From: an uncultured delta proteobacterium
GTDB taxonomy: Bacteria; Myxococcota_A; Polyangia; Fen-1088
Length of the DNA: 64,000 bases
NCBI GenBank assembly: GCA_963796685.1
Contig: CAWCMR010000008.1
Coordinates: forward strand, 32,001-96,000
Direction of reading: 5' to 3'
Numbering within the stretch: the first letter of the stretch is position 1; each line of letters starts with the position of its first letter. Shown here in pieces: positions 21,156 to 30,777 of the stretch. The notes beneath the pieces are model-generated. The model had not been told where the DNA came from, did no database searches, and saw only the letters and a program-made list of their open reading frames with translations. The position numbers and the translations under genes were made by a program.

Positions 21156-23465
21156 ATGCGCCCCACTGGTCACTTGCTTGTGTCGTTGCGGTTCTTGCTC
21201 GGTCCGGTCGTCGCACTGGCGGCCACCCAGTCCTGGGCCAGCACGGCAGCGACAGAAACGACTGCGTTTTCCGTAGACGCGGGCGGCGCAGCGGACGCCA
21301 CGCCCTCCCGTGAAGACGCCCCTACGGCCTCTCCGCCGCTCGAAGAGACGAAGCCCACCCCCGGCGAATCCGATGTGGTGGACGTGCTGAGTGCCATCAA
21401 GGGCCAGGATCTCAGCACCCTCGATCTGGAAGCCCTGCTGGAGAACGTCGTCGTCACCGCCACGAAATCGGAAATCAAGGAGGACGAAGCCCCCGCGATC
21501 ACCACCGTCATCAATCGCGAGGAGATCCAGCGCTGGGGCTATCAGTCCGTGGAGGAAGTCCTGAAGCACGTGGCAGGCGTGTACGTCATCGACGACCACA
21601 TCATCCCCAACCTGGGTGTGCGAGGGATTTCCGGGGGCTTGCGCTCGGAAAGTGGGATCGTCAAGGTCATGATCGACGGGCACTCCGTGGCCTTTCGCTC
21701 GACCGCTGGAAACTGGCTGGGACCCGAGCTCATTCCGCTTTCGGTCGTGCAGCAGATCGAAGTCATTCGCGGGCCCGCCTCCGCCCTCTACGGCGCCGAT
21801 GCGTTCTTGGGCGTGATCAACATCGTCACGCGAAAGGCCGAGCAGATGCAAGGCGGGGAGATCACGCTCGCCGGCAACCATGAGGGCGGCTATGGCATGA
21901 GCCACGACGTAGCGCTCGGCGCCACCGCGGGGAATTGGCAGATCCTGGCCTCGGCCAGAGCCAGCGCCGAGGACCGCTCCGGTCTTACCCTCCCCTCCTC
22001 CTCTCCCGCTCCCAGGCTGGGGAACAATGCGCCGGCCGATCTGCAGGCACACGACCTGAACCTCGACTCGACCGTGGCCTTTGCGCGAATGGGGTATCAG
22101 CTTGGCAAGCGCGGATCGATCGGGCTCATCGGATATTTCTCCCAGATCGACCGGGGTGCGGAGCTCGCAGACTGGGAGCAGCTGACCCACAACCTCGACA
22201 GCAGCGGCCGTCAAAATGGGACCAATATCTCGCTACGCCAGGGTCTGGTGGGGCTCGATCTCGCTCTCTCCCTGACCTCGACCCTCGACCTGCGCGTCAA
22301 CGGCCTCTTCTTCGACGGTGGTCCGACCTCCCGCGACCGCATCGAAGTCGGCAGCGACCTCTACTACGTCAAACGCGACTTTGGTTACCGCGGCTTCGAT
22401 ACCGGGACCGAGGTGGTCTGGCACCCGACAGACGCCTTCAGCGTGTTGCTTGGGGCAGGGATGATCCTGGATCACGAGAACCTTCCGAACGTATACGACG
22501 TCTTGAAATCGTCCCTCGGCACGCAACCCGGCGAACGGGCAGGTGACGAGATTCTGGCCACCGGAGACGCAGGCGACAAGACCTTGACCAACGTCGGGGC
22601 CAACGCTCTCGTCATGTGGTCGCCGATTTCCAGGGTCACCCTCACGGGAGGTCTGCGCTTCGATCATCACAGCGTCTACGGCGACAAGATCAGCGGGCGC
22701 CTTGGTGGGGTCGGGACGTTGCTGCCCAACCTGCACCTCAAGCTTCTCTACGGAAGCGCATTCAAGGCGCCCTCGCCCCAGCTCCTGTACGGCTCGCCGC
22801 TCGCACCCGGTGATATCGCGGGCAACCGGTCCCTGAAACCCGCCTACGTCCACACCGTGGAGGCGCAGCTGTCCTATCGGCCCAATCGCTATGTGCTCGT
22901 GACCAGCGGCCTCGCCTACAGTTACTTGCTCGACCAGGCGGCGTTCGCCCAACGAGGCATCAATCAGGTGGCGCTGAATATTTCCAAAGTGGGGTCCCTA
23001 TCATGGGAAAGCGATCTCCGCTTCGACTACAAACGCAAACTTGCCGCCTACGGTAACCTGACCGTCAATCACACCGTCTCCACCTTCAGCGAAGACAACT
23101 ACGCGGCGAATCTATCGGGCTACAGCAACGCTGCCTACCCCGTCGTGGTCGCCAATACCGGAGTCAGCGCCGAAATTCCACGCCTGCCCTTGCGGGTCGG
23201 CACCGAGCTGTCCGCCGTCGGCAGCCGCCCATCGAGCACGGCCAACACCTTGGAGGCCGGAGGACGGTACGCCCTTTCCCCATACGTCCTGCTCGGTGGC
23301 AGCATTCGCACCGTCGGGCTGCACCTTCTCGCGCACAAGGAAACCACCCTCATGCTCATCGGGCGCAATCTGGCAAACTCCCGCTACGCCGACCCCGGTT
23401 TTGCCGGCATCGACTACCCGCAGCTCGGCCGCACCATCCTCCTGCAGGTATCGCAGGAGTTCTAG
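21156..23465 (+). CDS. TonB-dependent receptor
   Basis: Signal peptide; LDLEALLENVVVTATK; plug IEVIRGPASALYGADAFLGVINIVT; YGSAFKAP; C-terminal Phe (VSQEF). Confidence 0.93.
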   Translation: MRPTGHLLVSLRFLLGPVVALAATQSWASTAATETTAFSVDAGGAADATPSREDAPTASPPLEETKPTPGESDVVDVLSAIKGQDLSTLDLEALLENVVVTATKSEIKEDEAPAITTVINREEIQRWGYQSVEEVLKHVAGVYVIDDHIIPNLGVRGISGGLRSESGIVKVMIDGHSVAFRSTAGNWLGPELIPLSVVQQIEVIRGPASALYGADAFLGVINIVTRKAEQMQGGEITLAGNHEGGYGMSHDVALGATAGNWQILASARASAEDRSGLTLPSSSPAPRLGNNAPADLQAHDLNLDSTVAFARMGYQLGKRGSIGLIGYFSQIDRGAELADWEQLTHNLDSSGRQNGTNISLRQGLVGLDLALSLTSTLDLRVNGLFFDGGPTSRDRIEVGSDLYYVKRDFGYRGFDTGTEVVWHPTDAFSVLLGAGMILDHENLPNVYDVLKSSLGTQPGERAGDEILATGDAGDKTLTNVGANALVMWSPISRVTLTGGLRFDHHSVYGDKISGRLGGVGTLLPNLHLKLLYGSAFKAPSPQLLYGSPLAPGDIAGNRSLKPAYVHTVEAQLSYRPNRYVLVTSGLAYSYLLDQAAFAQRGINQVALNISKVGSLSWESDLRFDYKRKLAAYGNLTVNHTVSTFSEDNYAANLSGYSNAAYPVVVANTGVSAEIPRLPLRVGTELSAVGSRPSSTANTLEAGGRYALSPYVLLGGSIRTVGLHLLAHKETTLMLIGRNLANSRYADPGFAGIDYPQLGRTILLQVSQEF

Positions 23466-23554
23466 AGATTGGGTCTGTCAGAAGTAGGCTTGCCTCCACC
23501 TCCTCGACCGCGGCCGCGACCGCGAACCCATTGGGCTATGGCGGGATCATGCTG

Positions 23555-24766
23555 TCAGCCCAGATCGGGCTGCCGGTACGCCGTGTCGGGCTTCGAGAAG
23601 GCAAAGCCCTGCAGCAGATCGACGCCGGCTTTGACCACGGCGTCGCGCTCGGCAATCGATTCGATGCCGGCCGCGATAACGCGCGTGTTCATCGCCCCGA
23701 GCAGCGCCGTCATGTCGGCCACGATGTCCGCCTGGGCCGCGTTGTGGTCGATCCCGCGCACCAACGAGAGGTCGTATTTCACGAACTCTGGCCGCAAGCG
23801 CGCGAAGGACGACAGCCCCGGATATCCCGGTCCGAGGTTGTCCATGGCCAGACGAAAGCCGAGCTTGCGCAGGGCCTCGGCCCGCGATTCGAGGTGCGAA
23901 ACGTCGTCGAGCAGCGCGTGCTCGGAGATCTCGATGACGATGCGCTTGCCGAACTGCGAGAGCGGCGCGGACGCCGAGTAGAGCTCGCTGTCGAGCAGCT
24001 CATGGGCGTGCAGGTTCACGAACACGTACTCGGCCGGCGCCCGGGTCATCGAACGCGCCACCCGCTCGCGCACCAGCCGCCCGATCTGCTCGATGCGCCC
24101 CAGCCGCTCGGCCACACCCAGGACCGAGGCCGGGTCGGGCAAGCCGGGATCCGAGCTGCGCAACAAGGCCTCGTGACCGATGACCCGACGGCTCGACCAG
24201 GAGACGATGGGCTGAAAGGCGATGGACAGGCAACCGAATGCACGCTCGAAAACCTGTTCGAGGGCGACCCGGTCGCCCAGCTGGTTCCAGGTACCACCGA
24301 GCTCGTCCAAAGCCTTGCGTCGCAGTTTGGCCAGGCGGTGCAGCTTGGTCGCGTAAGAAAGCGTGGCGACAAGCAGGTCGGGGGCCACCGGCTTTTCCAG
24401 GAAGCAAAGCGCGCCCTGCTGGACCGCGACCGCGGACAAGCCGAGGTGGCCCGACCCCGTGACGACCACGAGGGGCACGTCCAGATCCCGTCGGCGGGCC
24501 ACGCGCAGAAGCCCGATGGCATCGAGGCCGCCAAGCGCCGCGTCGGCCACGATGGTGGCGTAGCCGTTGCCTTCGATGAGCGTCCGCGCAACGCCGCCAT
24601 CACCCGCCAGATCGACTAGGAATCCCGCCCTTTCCAGCGCAGGCGCGTGCGGCGACAGGTGCGCGTCTTCCGCTTCCGCCACCAGGATGCGCACTTCCCC
24701 TGCCTGTCCGCCTTCGCCGCCGGCGGGGTGACCCGCGTCCACAGACGGAATTCTCGTAGAGCGCAT
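23555..24766 (-). CDS. REC + EAL domain protein, degenerate (probably catalytically impaired)
   Basis: REC-like ILVAEAE..IVAD..VVTG..LEKP; FQPIV, HEALLR, FVNL, IEISE, MDNLGPGY, VKYD, IAAGIE, LLQGF. Confidence 0.88.
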   Translation of the reverse strand: MRSTRIPSVDAGHPAGGEGGQAGEVRILVAEAEDAHLSPHAPALERAGFLVDLAGDGGVARTLIEGNGYATIVADAALGGLDAIGLLRVARRRDLDVPLVVVTGSGHLGLSAVAVQQGALCFLEKPVAPDLLVATLSYATKLHRLAKLRRKALDELGGTWNQLGDRVALEQVFERAFGCLSIAFQPIVSWSSRRVIGHEALLRSSDPGLPDPASVLGVAERLGRIEQIGRLVRERVARSMTRAPAEYVFVNLHAHELLDSELYSASAPLSQFGKRIVIEISEHALLDDVSHLESRAEALRKLGFRLAMDNLGPGYPGLSSFARLRPEFVKYDLSLVRGIDHNAAQADIVADMTALLGAMNTRVIAAGIESIAERDAVVKAGVDLLQGFAFSKPDTAYRQPDLG

Positions 24767-24828
24767 GCGCAACTTCTCTTTTATCATGGACCGGCCATCC
24801 CCGCCCACGACCGGGTGGCACATCCTTC

Positions 24829-26457
24829 ATGAAGGCCACGACCGACCACGCCCCGCCCCACGAATCGACGGATTCGGACCATGCCGCTCATGCCGAGCAT
24901 GCCGAACCGTCCATCGAGGACCAGTACCGGCACTTTCTGCAACTGGCCTCCGAAGGGCTATGGCGCTTCGATCTGGGGACGCCGGTGGCCACCAACCTGC
25001 CCGTGCACGAGCAAGCCGAGACCATCGCGCGCGAGGCCCGGGTCGGTTTGTGCAACGACACCTTCGCCCGCCAGTTCGGCTGCGACAGGCCCGAGGCCAT
25101 GCAGGGCATCGCCTTCGGCGACCTTCTGTCGAGCTCGCGCGAGGAACAGCTTGGCTTCATCGTCGCGTTCATCATGTCCGGTTACCGACTCGACGACCTG
25201 CTGTTGGCCGAGCGTCGACGGGATGGAGGGGTGTTTCGCTCGCTCAACAACCTCTCGGGCGAGGTGGAGAACGGCCACCTGGTGCGCATCTGGGGCGTCA
25301 AACGCGACGTCACCGATCTGGTGATGGCGCAAGAGGCGCTGCAAGAGGCGAAGGATCACGCCGAGCGGCTCATCGAATTGGCCAGCATCATGGTCGTCGG
25401 CCTGGACTGCGATGGTCGCGTCCGTGCCTTCAACCGCACCGCCGAGAACATCACGGGCTATCTGCGCGCCGATATCGAGCAGCGAAACTGGTTCGAGATC
25501 ATGGCCCCGCCTCGTCACTTCCCCAAGGTTAGCGAGGAGTTTCAACGGTTGCTCGCCGGGGGTGAGCCCAGCACCTTCGAGTTGCCCATGCTCACCGCCA
25601 CCGGCGACGAGCGCTACATCGTCTGGCAAAACAACCCCATCGTGGAAGACGGCCGTATCGTGGGCACCATCTCCTTCGGTATGGACATCACCGCTCGTCG
25701 CCGCATGGAGGAGGCTTTGCGCACCCTCAACGAGCAGCTCGAGCTGCGCGTGGAAGAACGAACCGCCGAGCTGGGGGCCGCCAACCGCGAGCTCGAGAGT
25801 TTCGCCTATTCCGTCTCGCACGATCTGCGCGCCCCCCTGCGCGCCATCGACGGATTCACGCAAGCACTCGTCGAGGACTACGCCGACAAGCTCGACCAGC
25901 GCGCGGTCGACTATTGCGGCCGGGTCCGCAAGGCCGCCGGACGTATGGGGCGGCTCATCGACGACTTGCTCGTGCTTTCGCGCATCACCCGCGCCGAGAT
26001 GCGTTTCGAGGACGTGAACCTCTCGGCGCTGGCCACGGACATTCTGGCGCTCTTGCACGAGCGTGAGCCCGAACGTCGCGTGAGGACCCATGTGCAAGCG
26101 GGCCTACACGCGCGCGGCGACGTGGGACTTCTGCGCATTCTGCTCGAGAATCTTCTCGACAACGCGTGGAAATACACCAACAAGACCGAGTATGCCGATA
26201 TCGAGGTCGGCGCGCGTTGGGAGAACAACCGCCAAGTCTTCTACGTGCGCGACAATGGCGCCGGTTTCGACATGGCCTTCGCGGGCAAGCTTTTCGCGCC
26301 TTTTCAGCGCCTGCACTCGGAGAAGGACTACGCCGGCACCGGTATCGGGCTCGCGACCGTCCAACGCATCGTCGCCCGTCACGGCGGACGTGTGTCGGCC
26401 ACCGCCCAGGTCAATCAGGGCGCGGTCTTCGAGCTCGTCCTACCGTCACATCGCTGA
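24829..26457 (+). CDS. Cytoplasmic PAS-PAS sensor histidine kinase
   Basis: Two PAS/PAC units ending RDVT and MDIT; H-box SVSHDLRAPL; NLLDNAWKY, DNGAGF, GTGIGLA. Confidence 0.93.
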   Translation: MKATTDHAPPHESTDSDHAAHAEHAEPSIEDQYRHFLQLASEGLWRFDLGTPVATNLPVHEQAETIAREARVGLCNDTFARQFGCDRPEAMQGIAFGDLLSSSREEQLGFIVAFIMSGYRLDDLLLAERRRDGGVFRSLNNLSGEVENGHLVRIWGVKRDVTDLVMAQEALQEAKDHAERLIELASIMVVGLDCDGRVRAFNRTAENITGYLRADIEQRNWFEIMAPPRHFPKVSEEFQRLLAGGEPSTFELPMLTATGDERYIVWQNNPIVEDGRIVGTISFGMDITARRRMEEALRTLNEQLELRVEERTAELGAANRELESFAYSVSHDLRAPLRAIDGFTQALVEDYADKLDQRAVDYCGRVRKAAGRMGRLIDDLLVLSRITRAEMRFEDVNLSALATDILALLHEREPERRVRTHVQAGLHARGDVGLLRILLENLLDNAWKYTNKTEYADIEVGARWENNRQVFYVRDNGAGFDMAFAGKLFAPFQRLHSEKDYAGTGIGLATVQRIVARHGGRVSATAQVNQGAVFELVLPSHR

Positions 26458-26547
26458 CCGTCCGTCACCTCCTTGACGTTCCTTCACCGTCGGAAAAGCG
26501 ACACCCGCTGCTCCTGTCAGAAATGTGATTTTTCGTCATCGATCCTC

Positions 26548-26574
26548 TCAAGAAGGGATCCTTGCCGCCGATGG
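26548..26574 (+). promoter_or_regulatory. sigma28-type promoter for the kinase-HDOD gene
   Basis: TCAA-N15-GCCGATGG. Confidence 0.68.
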
Positions 26575-26587
26575 TTGTACTCGACAA

Positions 26588-28678
26588 ATGGCGGCTGCAG
26601 ACCTTATCCAAAGCAAAGGCTCGACGATGTGCCTGTCTTCGCAAGGCGGTAAGGCGACGCCGCCCGCGGACACGCTGCTCGGTCAGACGCTCGGCTCGTT
26701 CCGCGTGATCTCGCTGCTTGGCGAAGGCGGCATGGGCCGCGTGTACCTCGCCGAGCACGTCCTCATCGGCCGGCGCGCCGCCATCAAGGTCCTCGCCGCC
26801 GAGATCGCCGACAACGAGGATTTCGTCTCGCGCTTCTTCACCGAGGCGCGCGCCGTGAACGACATCCGTCATCCCAACATCGTCGAGGTCACCGATTTCG
26901 GGACCTTCGGGAAGCTGCCCTACATCGTGATGGAGCTGCTCGACGGAGAAACGCTGGAACAACGTCTCGCCCGCGTGCGCATGCTCGACGCCGCGTCCGC
27001 GGCTCGCGTGGTGGCCCAGGTCGCCGCTGCGGTGGGCGCGGGCCACGACCATGGCATGGTCCATCGCGACCTCAAACCGGCCAACATCTTCCTGCGCAAC
27101 CACCCCGACTACCCCGACTTCGTCAAGGTTCTGGATTTCGGCATCGCCAAGCTCGTGGCGCACGATCGCAACGTCCAGCACCACACGGAGATGGGCGCGC
27201 TCATCGGCACGCCCGCCTATATGTCCCCCGAACAGTGCCTCGGCGACACCCATCTCGATCACCGCAGCGACATCTACTCGCTGGGCGTGGTGCTGTACCA
27301 GATGACCACCGGTCGCTTGCCCTTCACCGCCGAGACCGCCGGCCGGCTCATCATGAGCCACGTGCAGGAGACGCCGCCACCCCCTCAAAGCATCCATCCC
27401 GCCATCTCGGCGGCCATGAGCGCCATCATCCTGCGCGCAATGGCCAAGAAGCCAGACCAGCGCTTCGCATCCATGCGCGAGCTCCGCGACGCCATTCTGG
27501 TGTCCACACCCGGCCTGGGCAACGGCCCCCGGTCCGGCTACGAAGGGTATGCCCAGGCGCTGACGCCGCCCCCGGTGGTGACCATGCCTCCGAGCGCGTC
27601 CACCATGCTGTCGACAGCCCCCACGACCTACAGCCCCACGCCCACGCCTTGCATCCAACCCGCGGCGGTGCCCGCCAGAATCGCCACCGCCGTTCCACGG
27701 CCACTGCCGAGCAGCCCGTCCGTTTCCGCCACGTCCTCGCAGGGCATCTTCGCCCACACGCCCTCGCCGCTCGGCACCGACAAGAACACCCTGGTTGACG
27801 GGCTGGTGGAGGCGGTCAAGTCACGCACAGAGCCCGATGGCGATCTGGAATTGCCCCTGGTGCCGCGGCCCATTCTGCGCTGCCTGGATCTGCTCGGCTC
27901 CCCCGACTTTTCGTTCGGCAGCATGGCGGCCCTGGTCAACACGGACGCCCGCGTGGCCAACCAGCTCGTTCAAGTCTCCAACACCAGCGGTCCCACGCGT
28001 ACTCTCGCCCGCTCGACCGAGCAAGCCATTGCGCGCATGGGTGCCGAAGGCGTACGCACCGGTCTTCTGGAGATCGCCCTGCGCCCGCTGCTAGAAACCG
28101 CGACGATTCGTTTGCAGGCGGTGTGCAAGCAACCTTGGCAGCACGCGCTGGCGGTGGCCACGATCGCGCAGCGCCTGGTGCACGCCCACGGCGGAAGCGA
28201 ACGTCTTGTCCTCGATGCCTACCGCGGAGGCCTCTTTCACGACGCCGGCAAGCCCGTGACCGCAAACCTGCTCTTCGACATCGAGAGGGTCATGACCAAC
28301 GCCAAGGGGCGCAAGATCATCAGCGATGACATGCTGACCACGTGCCTGGACCGTAGCCAGGCCCGCGCCGGCGCCAGGCTCGCCCGCGCCTGGGGTCTCT
28401 CGCCCGAGGTCGCCGCCGCCATCGAGGAAGCTGCCCAGCCGCCGACCGAGTCTTCCTTCCCGGAACCTTCCCGGCCTTCTTCGACCCAGCTCAGCCTGAG
28501 CGCGGTCATCCGGCTGGCCAACGCCCTGTCCTACAAGGCCGGCTTTCATACCCGCCGCGACGAGCTCGACCGCTCGCGCCTGCTCATCGACGATGCCCGG
28601 CGCTGGGCCGGCTTCGACGAGGAGACCTGTCACCGTGTGCTCGAGGGGATCAAAGATGCCATCTCCCGCCGCCTCTAG
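26588..28678 (+). CDS. Ser/Thr protein kinase fused to an HDOD domain
   Basis: GEGGMGRVY, HRDLKPAN, DFG, YMSPEQ; Pro/Thr/Ser linker; HDOD-like LPLVP, AIARMG, WQHALAVA, GLFHDAGK; start 26588 or 26627. Confidence 0.88.
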   Translation: MAAADLIQSKGSTMCLSSQGGKATPPADTLLGQTLGSFRVISLLGEGGMGRVYLAEHVLIGRRAAIKVLAAEIADNEDFVSRFFTEARAVNDIRHPNIVEVTDFGTFGKLPYIVMELLDGETLEQRLARVRMLDAASAARVVAQVAAAVGAGHDHGMVHRDLKPANIFLRNHPDYPDFVKVLDFGIAKLVAHDRNVQHHTEMGALIGTPAYMSPEQCLGDTHLDHRSDIYSLGVVLYQMTTGRLPFTAETAGRLIMSHVQETPPPPQSIHPAISAAMSAIILRAMAKKPDQRFASMRELRDAILVSTPGLGNGPRSGYEGYAQALTPPPVVTMPPSASTMLSTAPTTYSPTPTPCIQPAAVPARIATAVPRPLPSSPSVSATSSQGIFAHTPSPLGTDKNTLVDGLVEAVKSRTEPDGDLELPLVPRPILRCLDLLGSPDFSFGSMAALVNTDARVANQLVQVSNTSGPTRTLARSTEQAIARMGAEGVRTGLLEIALRPLLETATIRLQAVCKQPWQHALAVATIAQRLVHAHGGSERLVLDAYRGGLFHDAGKPVTANLLFDIERVMTNAKGRKIISDDMLTTCLDRSQARAGARLARAWGLSPEVAAAIEEAAQPPTESSFPEPSRPSSTQLSLSAVIRLANALSYKAGFHTRRDELDRSRLLIDDARRWAGFDEETCHRVLEGIKDAISRRL

Positions 28679-28891
28679 AAATCCATTGGCTCCACGTCCA
28701 CGCGACAACTGCACCGGCCAACGGCCCGGGACACCGCTTGCCCCCCCGCGCCGGCTCCTTAGCCTGCTGCTCCGGCTCGCGCATGGGCTCGGCGCGGAGG
28801 GATACGCCCCCGTGCCGGTGCGCGTGTACTACAAGTTCGACTCCGGCTGCTGGCGCAGCCGGAACACCCAACAACTGCGTAAGGTGTATCG

Positions 28892-30134
28892 ATGCAGATA
28901 ACCGCGCTCAAACCGCAGCCCACCATGTTGCCCAAGACCATCGCCAACGAGGATGGAATCGTTTGCGCCCCGGAATCACCGGTGGTGGACGTGATCCGCG
29001 CCTGTGCGCGCATCGCCAACAGCGACGCCACCGTCCTGCTCACGGGCGAGACCGGCACGGGCAAAGAGGTGTTCGCGCGCATGGTGCACACGCACAGCGT
29101 ACGCTCGAAGCGCCCCTTCGTGCCCGTGAACTGTGCCGCCATTCCCGATGCCCTCTTGGAAAGCGAGCTGTTCGGCTACGTGCGCGGCGCCTTTACCGGC
29201 GCGGTGGCTTCCCGTCGCGGTCGCGTGGCCATGGCCGAAGGTGGCACCCTTTTTCTCGACGAGGTCGGCGACCTGCCCCTGCCTTTGCAGGTCAAACTGC
29301 TGCGTCTCTTGCAGAACCATTCCTACGAGCCTGTAGGCAGCTCGGAATCGGTGACCGGCGATTTTCGCCTGGTGGCCGCCACCAATCGCGATCTCGGCGA
29401 GGACGTGCGCTCCGGCCGTTTTCGGCGCGATCTCTACTACCGCTTGCATGTTTGCCCGCTGGTGCTGCCGCCCTTGCGTGAACGCCGCAGCGATATCGCT
29501 CCGCTGTTCTTCCATTTCTGGCACAAGCACGGTGAGACCCGCGCCGTGGCCCCCGCGGTGCTGCGCCAACTGGAGAACTACGCTTGGCCCGGCAACGTGC
29601 GCGAGCTGGAGAATCTTGCCGAACGGCTTTCGGTCTGCGCCGAGAAGCTCCACCATCATCCTTTCCGACCTGCCAGCCTCGTTCATCGACGTGGAGACGC
29701 GGCACCAGGATTTCCGATCGGGCATGGTGACCAGCGCGGAGATTGTCGAGAGCGCTGGCGCGCTCATCGACATCGCCGAGGCGGCCACCCGCGTGGAAAC
29801 CGGCGAGATTGCCCTCAATCCGCTTTCGCCGCTGTCCGACGACGATTCCACCGCCATTCCCGCAACGCCCGTTCCCAGCTCGGACGAGATCACCGCGCCG
29901 GTGTCGATGGCACCTCTTCCATTGCCCTTGCCTACCCTGAGGCTGCCGGTGGATCTGCCGCGCCTCCTGCGCGAGACCGAAGAAGCCTACATCCGGTTGG
30001 CCCTCGACCAAACCGGTGGCAACAAGAAGGAAGCAGCGCACCTGCTCGGCATGGGCCGCACCACGCTGGTCGAAAAGCTGCGCCGCAAAGCCGCCGTCGC
30101 CGACGCCGTCGAGAAGTCCGCGGAAGAGCTCTGA
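28892..30134 (+). CDS. sigma54-dependent activator (AAA+ and Fis HTH, no N-terminal sensor), FleQ/FlrA-like position; frameshift near 29645
   Basis: GETGTGKE, ESELFG, GAFTGA, LFLDE, WPGNVREL. The frame of 29448..30134 supplies the HTH GNKKEAAHLLGMGRTTLVEKL. Confidence 0.87.
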
Positions 30135-30183
30135 CCGTCGCGCTTCGCGTATCGATCCGCTCGGCGAGCGCCCGAAGTCGTCC

Positions 30184-30327
30184 AACACAGAGGACACAGA
30201 GAACGCAGAGGTACGGAAGAACAAGGGATTCGCCGTCGTGGACGTCCCCGTGGCCGTACGCGTCCTCGCCGTCGTGGCCGACGAAGATCGCTCCGGCCAC
30301 GGCCACGGCCACGACCAGGACCACGAC
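30184..30327. repeat. 9-nt tandem repeat plus inverted hexamer-repeat tracts
   Basis: aacacagag-gacacagag-aacgcagag (30184-30210); gtcgtg/gtggcc tract (about 30235-30282) facing a ggccac/gaccac tract (about 30294-30327). Confidence 0.7.
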
Positions 30328-30385
30328 CTCCAGCGCCTATCGCGGGATTACGGATTTAGAATCTGCAGAACCCCTCTTTCCGAGC

Positions 30386-30545
30386 TCTGTTGACCTGTCC
30401 ATGAATTGGACAGGTCAACAGAAGCCGAGCCAAAGGCTCGGCCGCAGGTGGGGTGAAGTCCGCGAATTCACTTCGCGGACGAGGGGCGGGCCGCGGCCCG
30501 CCCCTTTGAAATCTTCAAGACGGGTCCATTTATGGACACGTCTTG
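30386..30545. repeat. Array of five back-to-back hairpins/palindromes
   Basis: 16-bp stem 30386-30422, 8-bp stem 30424-30442, 9-bp stem 30458-30480, perfect 24-bp palindrome 30482-30505, interrupted stem 30516-30545. Confidence 0.8.
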
Positions 30546-30746
30546 TGTCCTCCGTGTTTGGTATCCGGAACCACGGCTCGCGCCACGGGGGTGACACGCC
30601 ACCTTGACGACAGGGGCCGCGCGACAAGGGCCTGACACGCGAGCCGACGTCGCGTTCCTGTCGACAGTCGTGCACGAGAAGCGAAAGGCCGCCAAGACTG
30701 GGGACTTTCTGCCGGGCAGGAATGGACTCACGCCTGACTTGCCGAT

Positions 30747-30762
30747 CGGCACGCCGGCTGCA
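30747..30762 (+). promoter_or_regulatory. sigma54 -24/-12 promoter candidate
   Basis: CGGCAC-GCCGG-CTGCA (GG-N10-GC) just upstream of the first gene of the flagellar operon. Confidence 0.55.
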
Positions 30763-30777
30763 TAGGGAGACAGCTAC

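Noticed and set aside
24816-24830. sigma54 promoter TGGCAC before the histidine kinase
   Set aside because: There is no GC at the -12 position and the motif abuts the start codon.
30184-30545. Possible CRISPR array
   Set aside because: No identical direct repeats with unique spacers, and no cas genes.
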